A stretch of DNA of 64,000 nt from Neoechinorhynchus agilis (lineage: Eukaryota > Animalia > Acanthocephala): contig CM121342.1 in assembly GCA_051530055.1 (NCBI GenBank), positions 5,951,489-6,015,488 on the forward strand, given 5' to 3'. Below are positions 22,671-34,171 of this stretch, in pieces. The number at the start of each line of letters is the position of its first letter. Position 1 is the stretch's first letter. The notes beneath the pieces are model-generated. The model made no database searches. It saw nothing but the letters and a program-made list of their open reading frames with translations, and was not told the DNA's origin. Both the position numbers and the translations under genes were made by a program.

Positions 22671-25420
22671 CCGTCAAATAGAATTAGACTCCGCAAGGAT
22701 CTAAAATACACGACAGCAGTCCTGTTATGCGGGCAATTCGCGTCTCTTAAAAATCCGGTCATCGTATGTACGACAGTTCCCTTTGCCTTTACGATACAAT
22801 TTCGCTGGCTTCCAGAAAAGGAACTATTGCACGACCTGAGGGCAAGATGCCTCGGACCGAATTATATTGCCCGTGAACTGCAGTCGTCTGCGGCACAAAT
22901 ATTCACTGGGCGGTTGGACTCCGGCTCTCTTATACAGTGCTTTGTTTTTGACTTTATCTGACCATCTGACCTTGAACGCCGCACGTAAGAGAGATGAATG
23001 ATTTTGGTCCAACTGCCTCGTCGCCGTTGGTGACAGTGTCCAGGTCTCTGCATTGTAGTAGAGAATGCTCTCAATTAGAGTCCTGAACAGCTGCGAACGG
23101 AGTTCATCTGGCAAAGACTCACTGTCAAACAGTGGCTTAAGTTGCCCCATTGCTCTCCAAGCTATAGCTCTCCGTCGGCTGACATCCGCACTCACCTCAG
23201 GAACGACAGCTCCCAGATAGACATACCGCTCTATCTGTTTTAATTGCTCAACGCAATTCGGCCCTTCGCCAGGGACTGTATGCGCGACATGCGGAATCGT
23301 CAAGAATTCCGTCTTTTTCGAGTTGATGGTCAGACCAATCATACTCGCCCTCTCGCACAGTCTATTTAGCATGCGTTGAGCTCTTTCGACTGTTGAGGAC
23401 ATCAATACGATGTCGTCGGCATATGCCATGTAGGAGGCGCGTATCTCAGGATACCTACGACCTCTTTTCCTCAACAGAAGAAATCCATCTTCATCATTCG
23501 GTAGTGCCCATCTCATTACCCAATCAAGCACCAAGATGAAGAGGAAAGGAGCCAATGTGTCGTCCTGCGAACACCTGAAGTGGTGGAAAAGTATTCTGTC
23601 AAGCCGTCAACTGTCTTTACGGCGGACTTTGTGTTTTTATATAATGCCATAACGGATATGACAATGATCGGCGGCACTCCATACTCCTTTAAGATACCGC
23701 CAATCATCGTTCGATTTACCGAATCGAAAGCTCGACGGAAATCAACAAATATCAGCGTCACATCCGTTTGATGAATTCATGCCTCCTCGAGGATCCTCCT
23801 CAAAGCCAATATGTGCTCCGTAGTGCCTCGATCTTTCCTGAAGCCGTTCTGTTCAATTCTTAGAAACGGTTGGAGGATTGGCTCAATTCGGCTTCTCAAA
23901 ATGCTGCTGAAAAGTTTTTGCCGTGTTGGACATCAAGGATATACCTCTGTAGTCCTCCACCTTTGTCGAGCAGCATTTCTTGGGGCCACCATTCATTATG
24001 CCATTCATTATCGGTATGATTTTCCTGGCAATAGATTCAAACCTCAGTACCTCTGCCATTATCCCATCTGGAGCTGATGCACGTCCCGCACGCATCATTT
24101 TCGCCGCCGCGATCGCTTCCTTCACGGCCTGCCATATAACCTTTGGAGCTTTTATACGCCTAGTTTTTAGTAGAGGGTTTTCTCGGCCGCTTCGGTCACT
24201 GTGTCACAGATTGACTTGTAATAAAAATCAATATCCGTTTCAGCAGCTGGCATCGAGCTCAGTTGATTCTCTAGTTCGATATCGAACTCTTTTCTTTTCT
24301 CCTCATTAGCGAGGGCGCCATATAACGGACGTGGAGGATGCTGAGGCGTACGGAACAACGAGTCACTCATGCTCAACTGACACATCACCAATCTGTGGTC
24401 GGTTGGCAGCCCATCAACTGTGAATGTGTCAGCGTTTTTGACCCGACATTTTCCCTACGTCTCAACAATATATTGTCAAGCTTGGCTAAGCGTCTCTTGG
24501 GATTTTCCCATGGCATGTTTGGACGGATACTTTTGACCGATAAACGTCGCCAAACGCCACGGTCACTTCCGGAATAAAGTGTTAGCAGACACGAGATCGT
24601 GCCGCTCCAGCGCCTCAACCATGTACCGGCTCTTTCGGTTCTCGTTTTTCAACACATATAGCGATCTTTCGGAATGCGGTAAAATCGCGTTGAAGTCACC
24701 GGCTATTAAGAGGGTGTCTCTGTTCGGTACATCATCTAATGCTACGGCTAGATTTCCATAAAATCCTTCAACCGCCTCTTAATCCGACGAGGAGGTCGGC
24801 GAATATGCGCCAAAAGCATAGAGATTTCTCGACCGAAGCTTTATGCTGACACGAAGTATTCGGTAAGCTATAGATAGAACTGCATGGTGCTGAGTTTCGG
24901 AGGCGGGTGATAAACAAACGCCTACACCTCCATTTCCTCGACTGTCCGCAGATAGGTAACATAATGACCAGCCCCCTCCTAAATCCTCCTGATTTACGTC
25001 TGTATCTGACCGGCCTCATATGCGCAATCCTTGTAAAAACACAAGATCCATTCTGGCGTCCCTTGCCAATCTGGCCAGGGTTCCCCTACGCCATTGCGCT
25101 CGCAGACTCCTGCAATTCAAAGATCCGATTTGTAGTCCTCTTCTATCTGAAATAGCTGGGCCTAAGGGCTCACGGCTGATCTGAAATAGCTGGGCCTAAG
25201 GGCTCACGGCTGTCAGCGCCACCTGAATAGTCCGTACCAACCACGGTGATAAGCTTCGACTGACGCTTTCATTGCCTCCGGCGACAGTTTCGCTCATTTC
25301 GACGTTCAATTCCCGTTGCACTGGTGGATTTTGTTGCTCCCGTTCGCTGCCGCATCACCAAGTGCAGCAGCACACCGACCCAGCGTTGACAGTAGCTGTC
25401 TGGCCGCCGGAGCTGCTTCT
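22670..25420 (-). mobile_element. Decayed RTE-like LINE (APE endonuclease plus reverse transcriptase), frameshifted
   Basis: APE motifs GAYSPT..GDFNA. RT motifs YRGISLMSNTAK, FVDFRRAFDSV, APFLFILVLDWVMR, YADDI, YVYLG, ILYYNAETWTL. Several frameshifts and stops. A 32-bp tandem duplication lies in the 5' part (~25148-25213). Confidence 0.9.
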
Positions 25421-26009
25421 TTTACGTGACCGACAAGAATAACTAACATCAAGTCCGATCATCGTGCGATTTCATCGTCGTCTGCACTTACTGATCAATT
25501 GAAAGTGAAAATCAATACGAGGCTTCAGAATCTGTTTCCGTTAGCTGATTGTTTTTCTCCAAACAATCATCGAACCAATACTGCAGAAGCAAAAGACGGT
25601 CTATGGCGGATCAGTTTGTCTTCGAGAATGGCACCACCTCCTCCTGCTGCTGGTGCAGCCGTCATTATCAGCCCTGGAAATGTAAGTTTTTCCAAAAGAG
25701 TCAAATAAATGCACCTTTTTTTCGAAGTTTTTGTCTAAAAGTGATCGGGGTTTTTACGAAGAAAAAACGCGTAGAGATTTAGTTAATTTTTTTGTGTATT
25801 GGGAGACGATGAAATCCGATACGTTCAAAGAAATCACTGAAGCTTGAGTTTACAAATGAGTGCCATGTGTTGTTGAAAGAGAAATGCTCAAACTAAAGAA
25901 AACAATGTTCAATCAGGTGATAAATTACAAAAGTAATGGAAAAAGGGCCAGTTCGTATCTATCGATACTTATTTGAGTGATCAAGCAACGATCTCTAACG
26001 AACGACGAA

Positions 26010-26912
26010 ATGATCGCAGTCTTCTTTTTAACAATCTTGGTAATGTCAATCAAAAGTTTTTCTGTGAATATCGATTATAGTACGAAATCAACCGATTTAC
26101 CTGCTTATAATCTCACCATTAAAACGCCGTTCGGTAAAACTGTTCAATTTTTAACAAATCAAACAGTTGCCGTAGATGAAGCCCTCGTTTTGGTTTACTT
26201 GGACGCGGCATCAGAATGGATCCGAAGTTTTGCGGGACGAAATAAAAGCGACTCCGTAATCGCAAACGAAGAGCCAATTTATGTTTCTGAACTTGTTTTG
26301 AACATAAATGGCAATTATTCGATTGAGGAAGACATTATTCCTGAATTGGAAAATCATTCGAACGTTGATAATTTGGCGGACCAAGTTCTGGACATCTCGG
26401 ACCTTTTTCCAAGTTTCAATAGCACTACGGAGTCAACTGATCACAAAAACATAACCAAAATTTCTGCAAATCTTACAATCGAAGATTCGGTCATTTCAGT
26501 TTCCGATCTTTTCAGCGATCAAAGTCCAAAAGCTAAAAAATCAATCGTCTCTCGTCAAACTCAAAATAATGATCAGGTTGAAAGAGAGGAAACGAAGGAA
26601 ACATTTGACTGGTACAATCCTTCTTTACTTTTTCTTCATGACATTTGTGAAGGCGTTTTTATCAGCACTCAGAAACACAAAAACGCCTATAATCTTTTAG
26701 GATTCGATTGCATCTTCGAGCCTTCCAAACACGATTTTCCAATTCTTATATTTCCAATCAAATCGATATGCATCACGACTGGCTCAATGGATTGTGAAAT
26801 GAACAATGAACTTTTTCGCCCATTTCATCTCGAACGGCGATCGAATCGCGCTCTGAGATTGTTTCCTATTTTATCACAAATTCTTAGTTTGTGTTTTCTT
26901 TTAATTTTATAA
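26010..26912 (+). CDS. Unknown secreted glycoprotein, copy 2, within duplication 25807-27020 of 6553-7766
   Basis: Same ORF as 6756-7658 with four nucleotide differences seen in the CDS. Confidence 0.7.
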   Translation: MIAVFFLTILVMSIKSFSVNIDYSTKSTDLPAYNLTIKTPFGKTVQFLTNQTVAVDEALVLVYLDAASEWIRSFAGRNKSDSVIANEEPIYVSELVLNINGNYSIEEDIIPELENHSNVDNLADQVLDISDLFPSFNSTTESTDHKNITKISANLTIEDSVISVSDLFSDQSPKAKKSIVSRQTQNNDQVEREETKETFDWYNPSLLFLHDICEGVFISTQKHKNAYNLLGFDCIFEPSKHDFPILIFPIKSICITTGSMDCEMNNELFRPFHLERRSNRALRLFPILSQILSLCFLLIL

Positions 26913-27225
26913 AGTCTTTTAAATTGTTAAATTTTTTCCAATTAGTCCGCTGCCTTGAATCTGAGAAGCACCCGAACGAGAATAAAAGTTGGTAAGACTT
27001 TTTTTTGCTAAGTGAACCGAGAGAAATTCTTGTGCGTTTACTAGAGGCGATCGATTTTTCTTTCTAGAATATCCATTTTGTTCATTGTCTCCATCTTTCT
27101 TAAAATGAATTTTTGGCAAATTCTAAATAATAAACGGATTGATTATTATTCATTTGGTAGTGTTGCCGAATTGCGAATATTTTGGCGCTGATAAGTCCAA
27201 AAAAATGCAAGTCCGATTTGGAGAG

Positions 27226-27338
27226 AATTTATTAAATTCGATTGTTTTCGGCGCCTACAAAAGTTTGAATAAAACACTTTCAAACAACCTCGATAAAGGC
27301 ACGAGATTGCGCCGAAAACAATCGGATTTAATTAATTT
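27226..27338. repeat. Palindromic element, family member 2 (internally altered)
   Basis: Arms cgattgttttcggcgc / gcgccgaaaacaatcg, with the same outer AT flanks and right half as 21042-21176. Confidence 0.75.
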
Positions 27339-27760
27339 CTTCAATTTGATGCCACATAAAAAAGGATGAACAATTTAATTTTCAATCGATTTTTATTGGA
27401 TAAACATCAAGAAACTAATATCTGTTTTTTCATGAATGAGCGATTATGAACCTCAAATAAAATTATTGAGTATCAAAGGTCTAAATACCATCAATCGTCC
27501 TCGTAAGCGACATCAACAAATGTTATCTCGTGTTTTTTTTTGCATTTTTTACAATTAAACTTATTTTTAAAGAAATTTACGCTCCGTGAATCTTTCATGG
27601 GCAAAAAGGAATTTATGGCATTGTCGAAAATTATGCCGAACAAATCTTTTAATACAAAAAATAAAGAATTATCCACCTACGTCGCCATGGCAATATGAAG
27701 AGTTTTAAATATAATCTTATAAAATTAAACATTTGACGACGACATTCGCTGACCGTCATA

Positions 27761-30380
27761 ATGAATTTTGAAAAGAAGTTCTGCAGTCCCGAAATGCAGG
27801 AGCAAATGAAGAGGTATAAAAAAATGTTTGAAGCAGCCGAAGATTTCGCTCAACGTTTGAGCCCAAAGACGCTTGTAAGAGAAATTTGCTAAAAAAGGAG
27901 AAAAAAACACTTATCCTTTTTTAGGTAGGAATTTTAAAACCGGAGGAACAAGAAACAATCAACGAACTTCGTGCGCTGATTTTTATTGCATCGGCGGACA
28001 ATGACAGAGGTGAGTACGCATTGATTGTTGTTGCTGAGAAAAAGAAATCAATATTTTGCGTCCAGATCCGGCTGTCATCGAGGCTGAATGCAACGAGTGT
28101 TATAATTTGGTTCGTCGAAAGGAGATTAGGAAAAAAACGATTTTTGTCAGTACTCAATCGGCGGTCTATTGTCTCGGTAAGTTGACATTAAAAACGATTG
28201 ATCTAATTTTTTTCCCTTGAAAAATAGGTGGATATCTATTTGATCCAATAAAGAAACGGCGGCATAAACCAAAACGCGATTGGAAATATTTGGTTCGCAA
28301 AAAGGAGTTGGTACCCATAAAACCCATTCCGGATGGTCGCATCAATTTCGGTATTGGTGCCAATGGAGGAAACATCTTTATAATCTGCGGGATGACGTTC
28401 AATAACGTTCCACTAAAATCTTGTTTTCGCTACGACATCTACGCCGACGAATTTCACCAGCTTCCGGATTTGCCCTCGTCTCAATCTTGGTGCGGAGTTA
28501 CAGTGACCGACAGAAATGAATGTATCGTCGCCGGCGGGTACGCGCTGAGAGGGGGAAAACCGTACGGTTCAGCAAAGTGTTCAATTTTACCGTTTGAAGG
28601 AAAACGATGGCAAGTTTTATCGGATCTTCCTCAGGCCGTTTGTAATGTCATGGTCGCTTGCGATGGCGAAAACATTTATGCGATGGGTGGACGAGAGTTC
28701 GGTCCGGACGGCCCGGGCGCTTCCGTTCCGGGTGTCTATTCCTTAAACATCAGCACCGTGCGAAAGGGTGGAAGCGAAGAAAAGGATGAATGGAAACTTG
28801 TGACGAATATTCCAGAATATGACATCAAAAACACGAATCTCATTTTCGAGACCGAATACATTTATTCGACGGATAGACCGAAACCATCGGAGGACCCGGA
28901 TTCACCATCCCCGGAACCGGAAACGAAATTTACCTACTCATTTGAAACCGGCGAATGGACTCAAGGCAAAATTACCGCGAAACCGGACGAAGCTGAGTCC
29001 AGCGAAGCCGATGAGAGTTTAAGCCAAACTTCTAAAAGTACTGATTCCGACCAAGATAAAGACAAGAAATCGAAGAAGTCAAAAGGAAAAAAGAAAGGTT
29101 CTTCTGATAAGGCATCGTCTGGAGACGAAAAAATAAAGAAAGGAAAGAAAAAGGACAAAAAGAAAATCAAGGCGAAAGACGAATCGGTCCCGCCGGACAA
29201 AACGGGAAAAGCGAAGAAGGAAAAGAAGGAAGCAAAGATTGATGAAAATTCTGCCCCAGAATCTGCCGACGAAGACAAGAAGAAAAAGTCAAAGAAGGAT
29301 AAAAAGAAGCCAAAGGTAGAGGGAGATTCTGCTCCCGAATCTGCCGACGAAGACAAGAAGAGAAAGTCAAAGAAGGACAAGAAAAAGAAAAAGGAAGAGG
29401 GAGATTCTGCTCCCGAATCAGCAGGCGAGGAAAAGACGAGAAAGTCAAAGAAGGATAAAAAGAAGTCGAAGGAAGAGGGAGATGCTGCTCCCGAATCAGC
29501 AGGCGAGGAAAAGACGAGAAAGTCAAAGAAGGATAAAAAGAAGCCAAACGAAGAGGAAGATTCTGCTCCCGAATCCTCCGGCGAGGGAAAGAAGAGAAAG
29601 TCAAAGAAGGATAAAAAGAAGCCAAACGAAGAGGAAGATTCTGCTCCCGAATCCTCCGGCGAGGGAAAGAAGAGAAAGTCAAAGAAGGATAAAAAGAAGC
29701 CAAACGAAGAGGAAGATTCTGCTCCCGAATCCTCCGGCGAGGGAAAGAAGAGAAAGTCAAAGAAGGATAAAAAGAAGCCAAACGAAGAGGAAGATTCTGC
29801 TCCCGAATCCTCCGGCGAGGGAAAGAAGAGAAAGTCAAAGAAGGATAAAAAGAAGCCAAACGAAGAGGAAGATTCTGCTCCCGAATCCTCCGGCGAGGGA
29901 AAGAAGAGAAAGTCAAAGAAGGATAAAAAGAAGCCAAACGAAGAGGAAGATTCTGCTCCCGAATCCTCCGGCGAGGGAAAGAAGAGAAAGTCAAAGAAGG
30001 ATAAAAAGAAGCCAAACGAAGAGGAAGATTCTGCTCCCGAATCCTCCGGCGAGGGAAAGAAGAGAAAGTCAAAGAAGGATAAAAAGAAGCCAAACGAAGA
30101 GGAAGATTCTGCTCCCGAATCCTCCGGCGAGGGAAAGAAGAGAAAGTCAAAGAAGGATAAAAAGAAGCCAAACGAAGAATATTCTGCACAAGAGTCTGCT
30201 GGCCGTGATAAAAATAATAAATCCAATAAGGAAAGTGGCGCTCCAGTTGGTTCTGCTGGTGGCGATATGAAATTAGAATCAAAGGAAGATAAGGAATTAA
30301 AAGAAGAAAACAATTTGACTGCTGAATCAGCGCAGAATTCGGCGCGAAAGGAAAACAAAAAAGGAAGCGAGGAAAATTAG
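27761..30380 (+). CDS. Kelch-repeat protein with a long acidic/basic repeat tail, 4 exons
   Basis: Exons MNFEKK..PKTL|VGILK..DNDR|DPAVI..VYCL|GGYLF.. join in frame through GT-AG introns. Kelch blades show GG..Y..W spacing (IVAGGYA, IYAMGGRE, EWKLV). Confidence 0.85.
29250..30180 (+). repeat. Coding 78-bp (26-aa) tandem repeat: 8 identical units plus ~4 diverged 5' units
   Basis: PNEEEDSAPESSGEGKKRKSKKDKKK x8 (29543-30167), preceded by SAPESADED and SAPESAGEE variants. Confidence 0.97.
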
Positions 30381-30399
30381 GTCGAGAAACTAAAAGATT

Positions 30400-32790
30400 A
30401 AAGGAAATGATTTAGAATTTTTAAAATGATTACATGACAATTGAACAAATATTTTATTATTGTGGATGGGTTTAAGCGCAAATTTTGCAGAAATCGTTCA
30501 CACCACCGCCTTTCTGGATTACTCAGCTGTCGTCCTGGTGTTACGGTCGAAAGGACAGATGCAGCGTTTGAGCCAGACTTATGTTCTGTATTAGGAATGC
30601 TCCTGATCTCGGATCGCCAGTGATTGGTCTCAATCTCTTGGACAATTCCTTGACCAGGTCCTGCGCCGCGGTACCAAACGACCCGAGCGTCTCGACGCCA
30701 AAAGGAACAAAATAATGATTTCGACTCAGGTCCCTGTATTTTGTCCATTTGCGTTCCTCTGCGGCTGATGCTGCTCCCCTGATTTAATAGTGGCGAATTT
30801 TATGTTGCTGACCGCGAACGTGGCTTCGCCGAGAAGGACTTTGCCTTGTCGCCACGGGAATACTGCGACACCGCCCGGTTTACAGCCATCGAGTCGGCAA
30901 AGATTGCTCGGCTCTAGGATGTTGGGCGCATTCACAGGCGTTCACTTCGGCGTGTCGAGGGTGTACCTTCCTCCTGATTGCCGACAGACGAGACCATGGC
31001 GTCCCGATGGTTCCACGGTCGCCCCAAGTCTCAGGGACACTGCAATCCTTACTGTCTCCTCGGAGGGTACCCACAAAAGCGATTGGGGTAGCGTTGAGCC
31101 AAGCACCCGATTCTCTTGTAGAGACTGCCTGTAATCGAGTTCGGTTCACGAAGTCACGAGAATCTGAAATTAACGAGTTATGAATTCTCGCTACCAGAAG
31201 TGAGTCCCAAACTTATTGTTTGCAATCATTGACGGGTAACCTTTCTGCAAAGTGTAATTCTCGAAAAGAACGGATTGAACTAATTTGTGGCTTGCTTCAT
31301 ACGATACCAAATAAGCTGGCAGAGAAATATCGGCTGCTTTTCGGATAACTAAACAGCCGGACGACACAGGCAAGGACGCTTGACGCCAGGCCTCGTCTGA
31401 CAGCTGTGTATTTAAAATTTTACCGAGAGAGGCTTCCACCGTGTCGTCTAATTTTGCCAGTTTATCCTTATGTCTAAAAAAAGGTGCTGTGCGCAGCTTA
31501 TACAGCAGTTTTGGAATAAAGAGGGATTTCTTGATCAGGAACAGAGCTTCGTGTGAAGATAATTCATTGACTCGTTCGCACAGCACCGAAAGTTGCGGTT
31601 GAAGATTGGCAATCTCGGCTTCTACATTAGAGTCAAAAATGCAGCTTGCTAGAATACTCAACCTATCTAGAGTGATCAATTCTATGCCGGGGGCAAGGTT
31701 CTGAAAATCTTTTACGACAGTTTGCCTGGTCGCCTCATCTTCCACGTTCATCACTAAAATCTCGCATTTCGCAACATTCAATTCAATGCCAATTTTCGCC
31801 GTTTCCTTCACGAGTGTCTCCAAATCGCGCAGTACAACAGATGCAAGTAACAGTCGTTAAAACTGGACTGGAGAGAGTGCGCGATATGATTGACTGCGAG
31901 TGCAAAAGCATTTGGGCTCAAAGGATCTCCTTGTTGAACTCCTCTTTCTGACAACAAAACGTGATTATTGAACAACAAGGGAGTAGAAGTCCCATGAAGC
32001 ATTATCGAAATAGCGAAATGCTTCTGGTGCGTGATCTTAATCGACTTCGAGCAAATCTGCTCGGTAAACTTTGTTGAATGTATTTTTAAAATCACATTTC
32101 AAGATCACGCACGGCTTTGAGTTTCCGGTGATGAACGTTCGGAATGAATGAACAATCGCCTCTGCGCCACAAGGTCTACGGCAGCCTAACTGAGTAGGGT
32201 GATGCTGTCTGAGCACCATCCTTACTTGTTTACATGTTTTGCTGCTAGGCGGCGTAAAGTTGTTCCAATTGCAATTGGACGAATCCCACCTTCCTTTTTC
32301 GTGACGACACACAAAGATGCGCCGAAAAATAGCTCAATTGCTTTCGAAATCAAGTCTCCCCTGCAAATTGGTCTACTAGACGTGCCAATGTATCTTCAAG
32401 GGACTGAGCAGCGTCAACTACTGAAAAGGAAGTTATATCCTTTAGGTATTGAGGCCGGAGCTCGTCAAGAACATTAACTGGTCCGTTAGCAAAAGAGTAG
32501 ATTGCCATCTTCACTTTTGATTTCGATGATAAAACATAAGGGATCGGATCGAAGGAGGAGGATTTAACGAAAAACTACCGACCGTCGCCACTCGGATCTT
32601 TGGAACGACGAATTCGTAAAGTTTCTTTGTTATCTTTTGGCGAGACTGTCCATTGATGATAAAAGACGAACTGCTTCTCTCGCATCTCCGTCTGCGAGCT
32701 TCAAAGAAACGCGTCCAGCAAGTGACCGATCTCGGCGATGGTCACGCTTCAGATCACACTGTCGAATGGCATTGAGTAAAATTGTCGTCA
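30400..32790 (-). mobile_element. 5'-truncated, decayed CRE-type non-LTR retrotransposon (RT plus REL)
   Basis: KLADGDAREAVRLLSS, LRPQYLKD, GGIRPIAIGTTLRRLAAK, LKCDFKNTFN, GVQQGDPLSP, IGIELNVAKCE, QASLPVSSG, ESGAWLNA, LEPSNLCRLDG and VETLGSFG..QNISLA, split across frames. Confidence 0.92.
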
Positions 32791-32808
32791 ATCAAACGAA
32801 AATCTACT

Positions 32809-33219
32809 TTAATTAATTTGATACTCAGTTCTTCTAACGTGCACTTTTATATTGTTTCGTGGATTTCCCAATGTCAAGATGCGGGTTTGTTGGTCATTAA
32901 TAAAGAGAAGCTTCCGATCTTTTCCAATTCGTTCAATTCTTACACTTAAGGCGTATGTGCGTCTTGGATCAATGCGGTTATCATCGTATTCCATTTCAAA
33001 ATCGATTGGAAACCTTCTTGGTTTATAAATTATTCTTTTAGCTATGGTTTTTGCACTCGCATCCGCCATACTTACATCATCCATCCTGATCTTTACTATT
33101 GAATTTTTCGGAATCCTTCCTTCACCAATAATCCGTCCAGTTAGGCTGCTAACGTGCCATTGATAGCAAAATGCGGCACTCAGAATGGAGAGCAGTGAGA
33201 TCAACAACGACGATTTCAT
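32809..33219 (-). CDS. Secreted YbaY/YscW-like (bacterial lipoprotein family) protein, intronless, 136 aa
   Basis: Signal peptide MKSSLLISLLSILSAAFC, then LTGRI..IPKNSIVKIRMDDVSMADASAKTIA..FPIDFEMEYDDNRIDPRRTYALSVRIE..KLLFIND. This matches the YbaY consensus D(V)SxADAxAxxIA..PxxFxLxYDxxxI....YAxSxRI..LLFI. Confidence 0.85.
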   Translation of the reverse strand: MKSSLLISLLSILSAAFCYQWHVSSLTGRIIGEGRIPKNSIVKIRMDDVSMADASAKTIAKRIIYKPRRFPIDFEMEYDDNRIDPRRTYALSVRIERIGKDRKLLFINDQQTRILTLGNPRNNIKVHVRRTEYQIN

Positions 33220-34171
33220 TTGTTTTTTGAGAGAAAGATGTAGTTCCGACTTTCTTGAGATTGCACGAATTGAGCAATAAATATAAAAGGGATTGCGGCG
33301 AAAAAAGCTGTTACGGAGTGGTGTCATGCCGTGACTTATGCCACCAATGGAGTGACAAGGAGACAATTGAGTCTCATTAAAAAAGGAGTTTGCCAAACAT
33401 ATTTGTTTTAGCAATGCTCAAAAGCGAATCTATTAAAGTCCTTTTTTTACCTGAGTTGAATTTTTGCACATTTTCCTTCAATGGAAAAACGAGATCCATG
33501 CAATTTAAATGAAAACAAACACAGATTCCTAACCAAACAAAATTGAAGTAGATTTGTTTTTTAGGGTCCACTGTAAAAATTTGTTAATTTGAATAAAAAG
33601 AGCCGTCGATATTATACGAGCTTTAAAGAGTCAAATATTCGTAATGTGGAGCCTATTTTTCAAATGAATCGTTAGTTTTGGATATTAAGTCTCTCGCTTA
33701 AATGCTTATTTTGTTTTAAACAATCCAATAAACAATATTGGTTTCGAATACTCACTTTTAAAAATAAACGTCGTTAATGAACAAAACTATTCTAGCTCGG
33801 ACGATGAAAGATACATAAATTTAAAAAGGAAATTCTATTCTTTAGAAAAAAGAGCAGTTTTCCAGACGTTGAAAAGGGAAGCATGAAATTTTTCTACTCT
33901 GGAATTTTTGCGTATCTCAATTCATAGTAAACGAACGCAAAATTCCTTAAATCCGCAATTTAAGACACCTTGAAGATTTGTGTTAATCACGAAACATCTC
34001 GTTGATTATCGTTTGATATTATCGATGGGAAATCCCTCTTTGGTGTCCTTTTATTTTAACTGGACTGCAACATGAACTTTGCTCCATCTTAAATATTGTC
34101 TAAAGATGATTTTGTTATTAATATCTTGCAAAATTTTTAAAATTATTTAAAAATTCGATTTCGGCTAAAAC

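Noticed and set aside
25600-25690. Exon-like segment with a strong GTAAGT donor (MADQFVFENGTTSSCCWCSRHYQPWK or MAPPPPAAGAAVIISPGN)
   Set aside because: The reading frame is ambiguous and no downstream exon could be linked to it.
28961-30358. Long alternative ORFs (465 aa and 371 aa on minus, 262 aa on plus) over the kelch tail
   Set aside because: These are shadows of the stop-free 78-bp repeat. Only the frame continuous with the kelch domain is supported.
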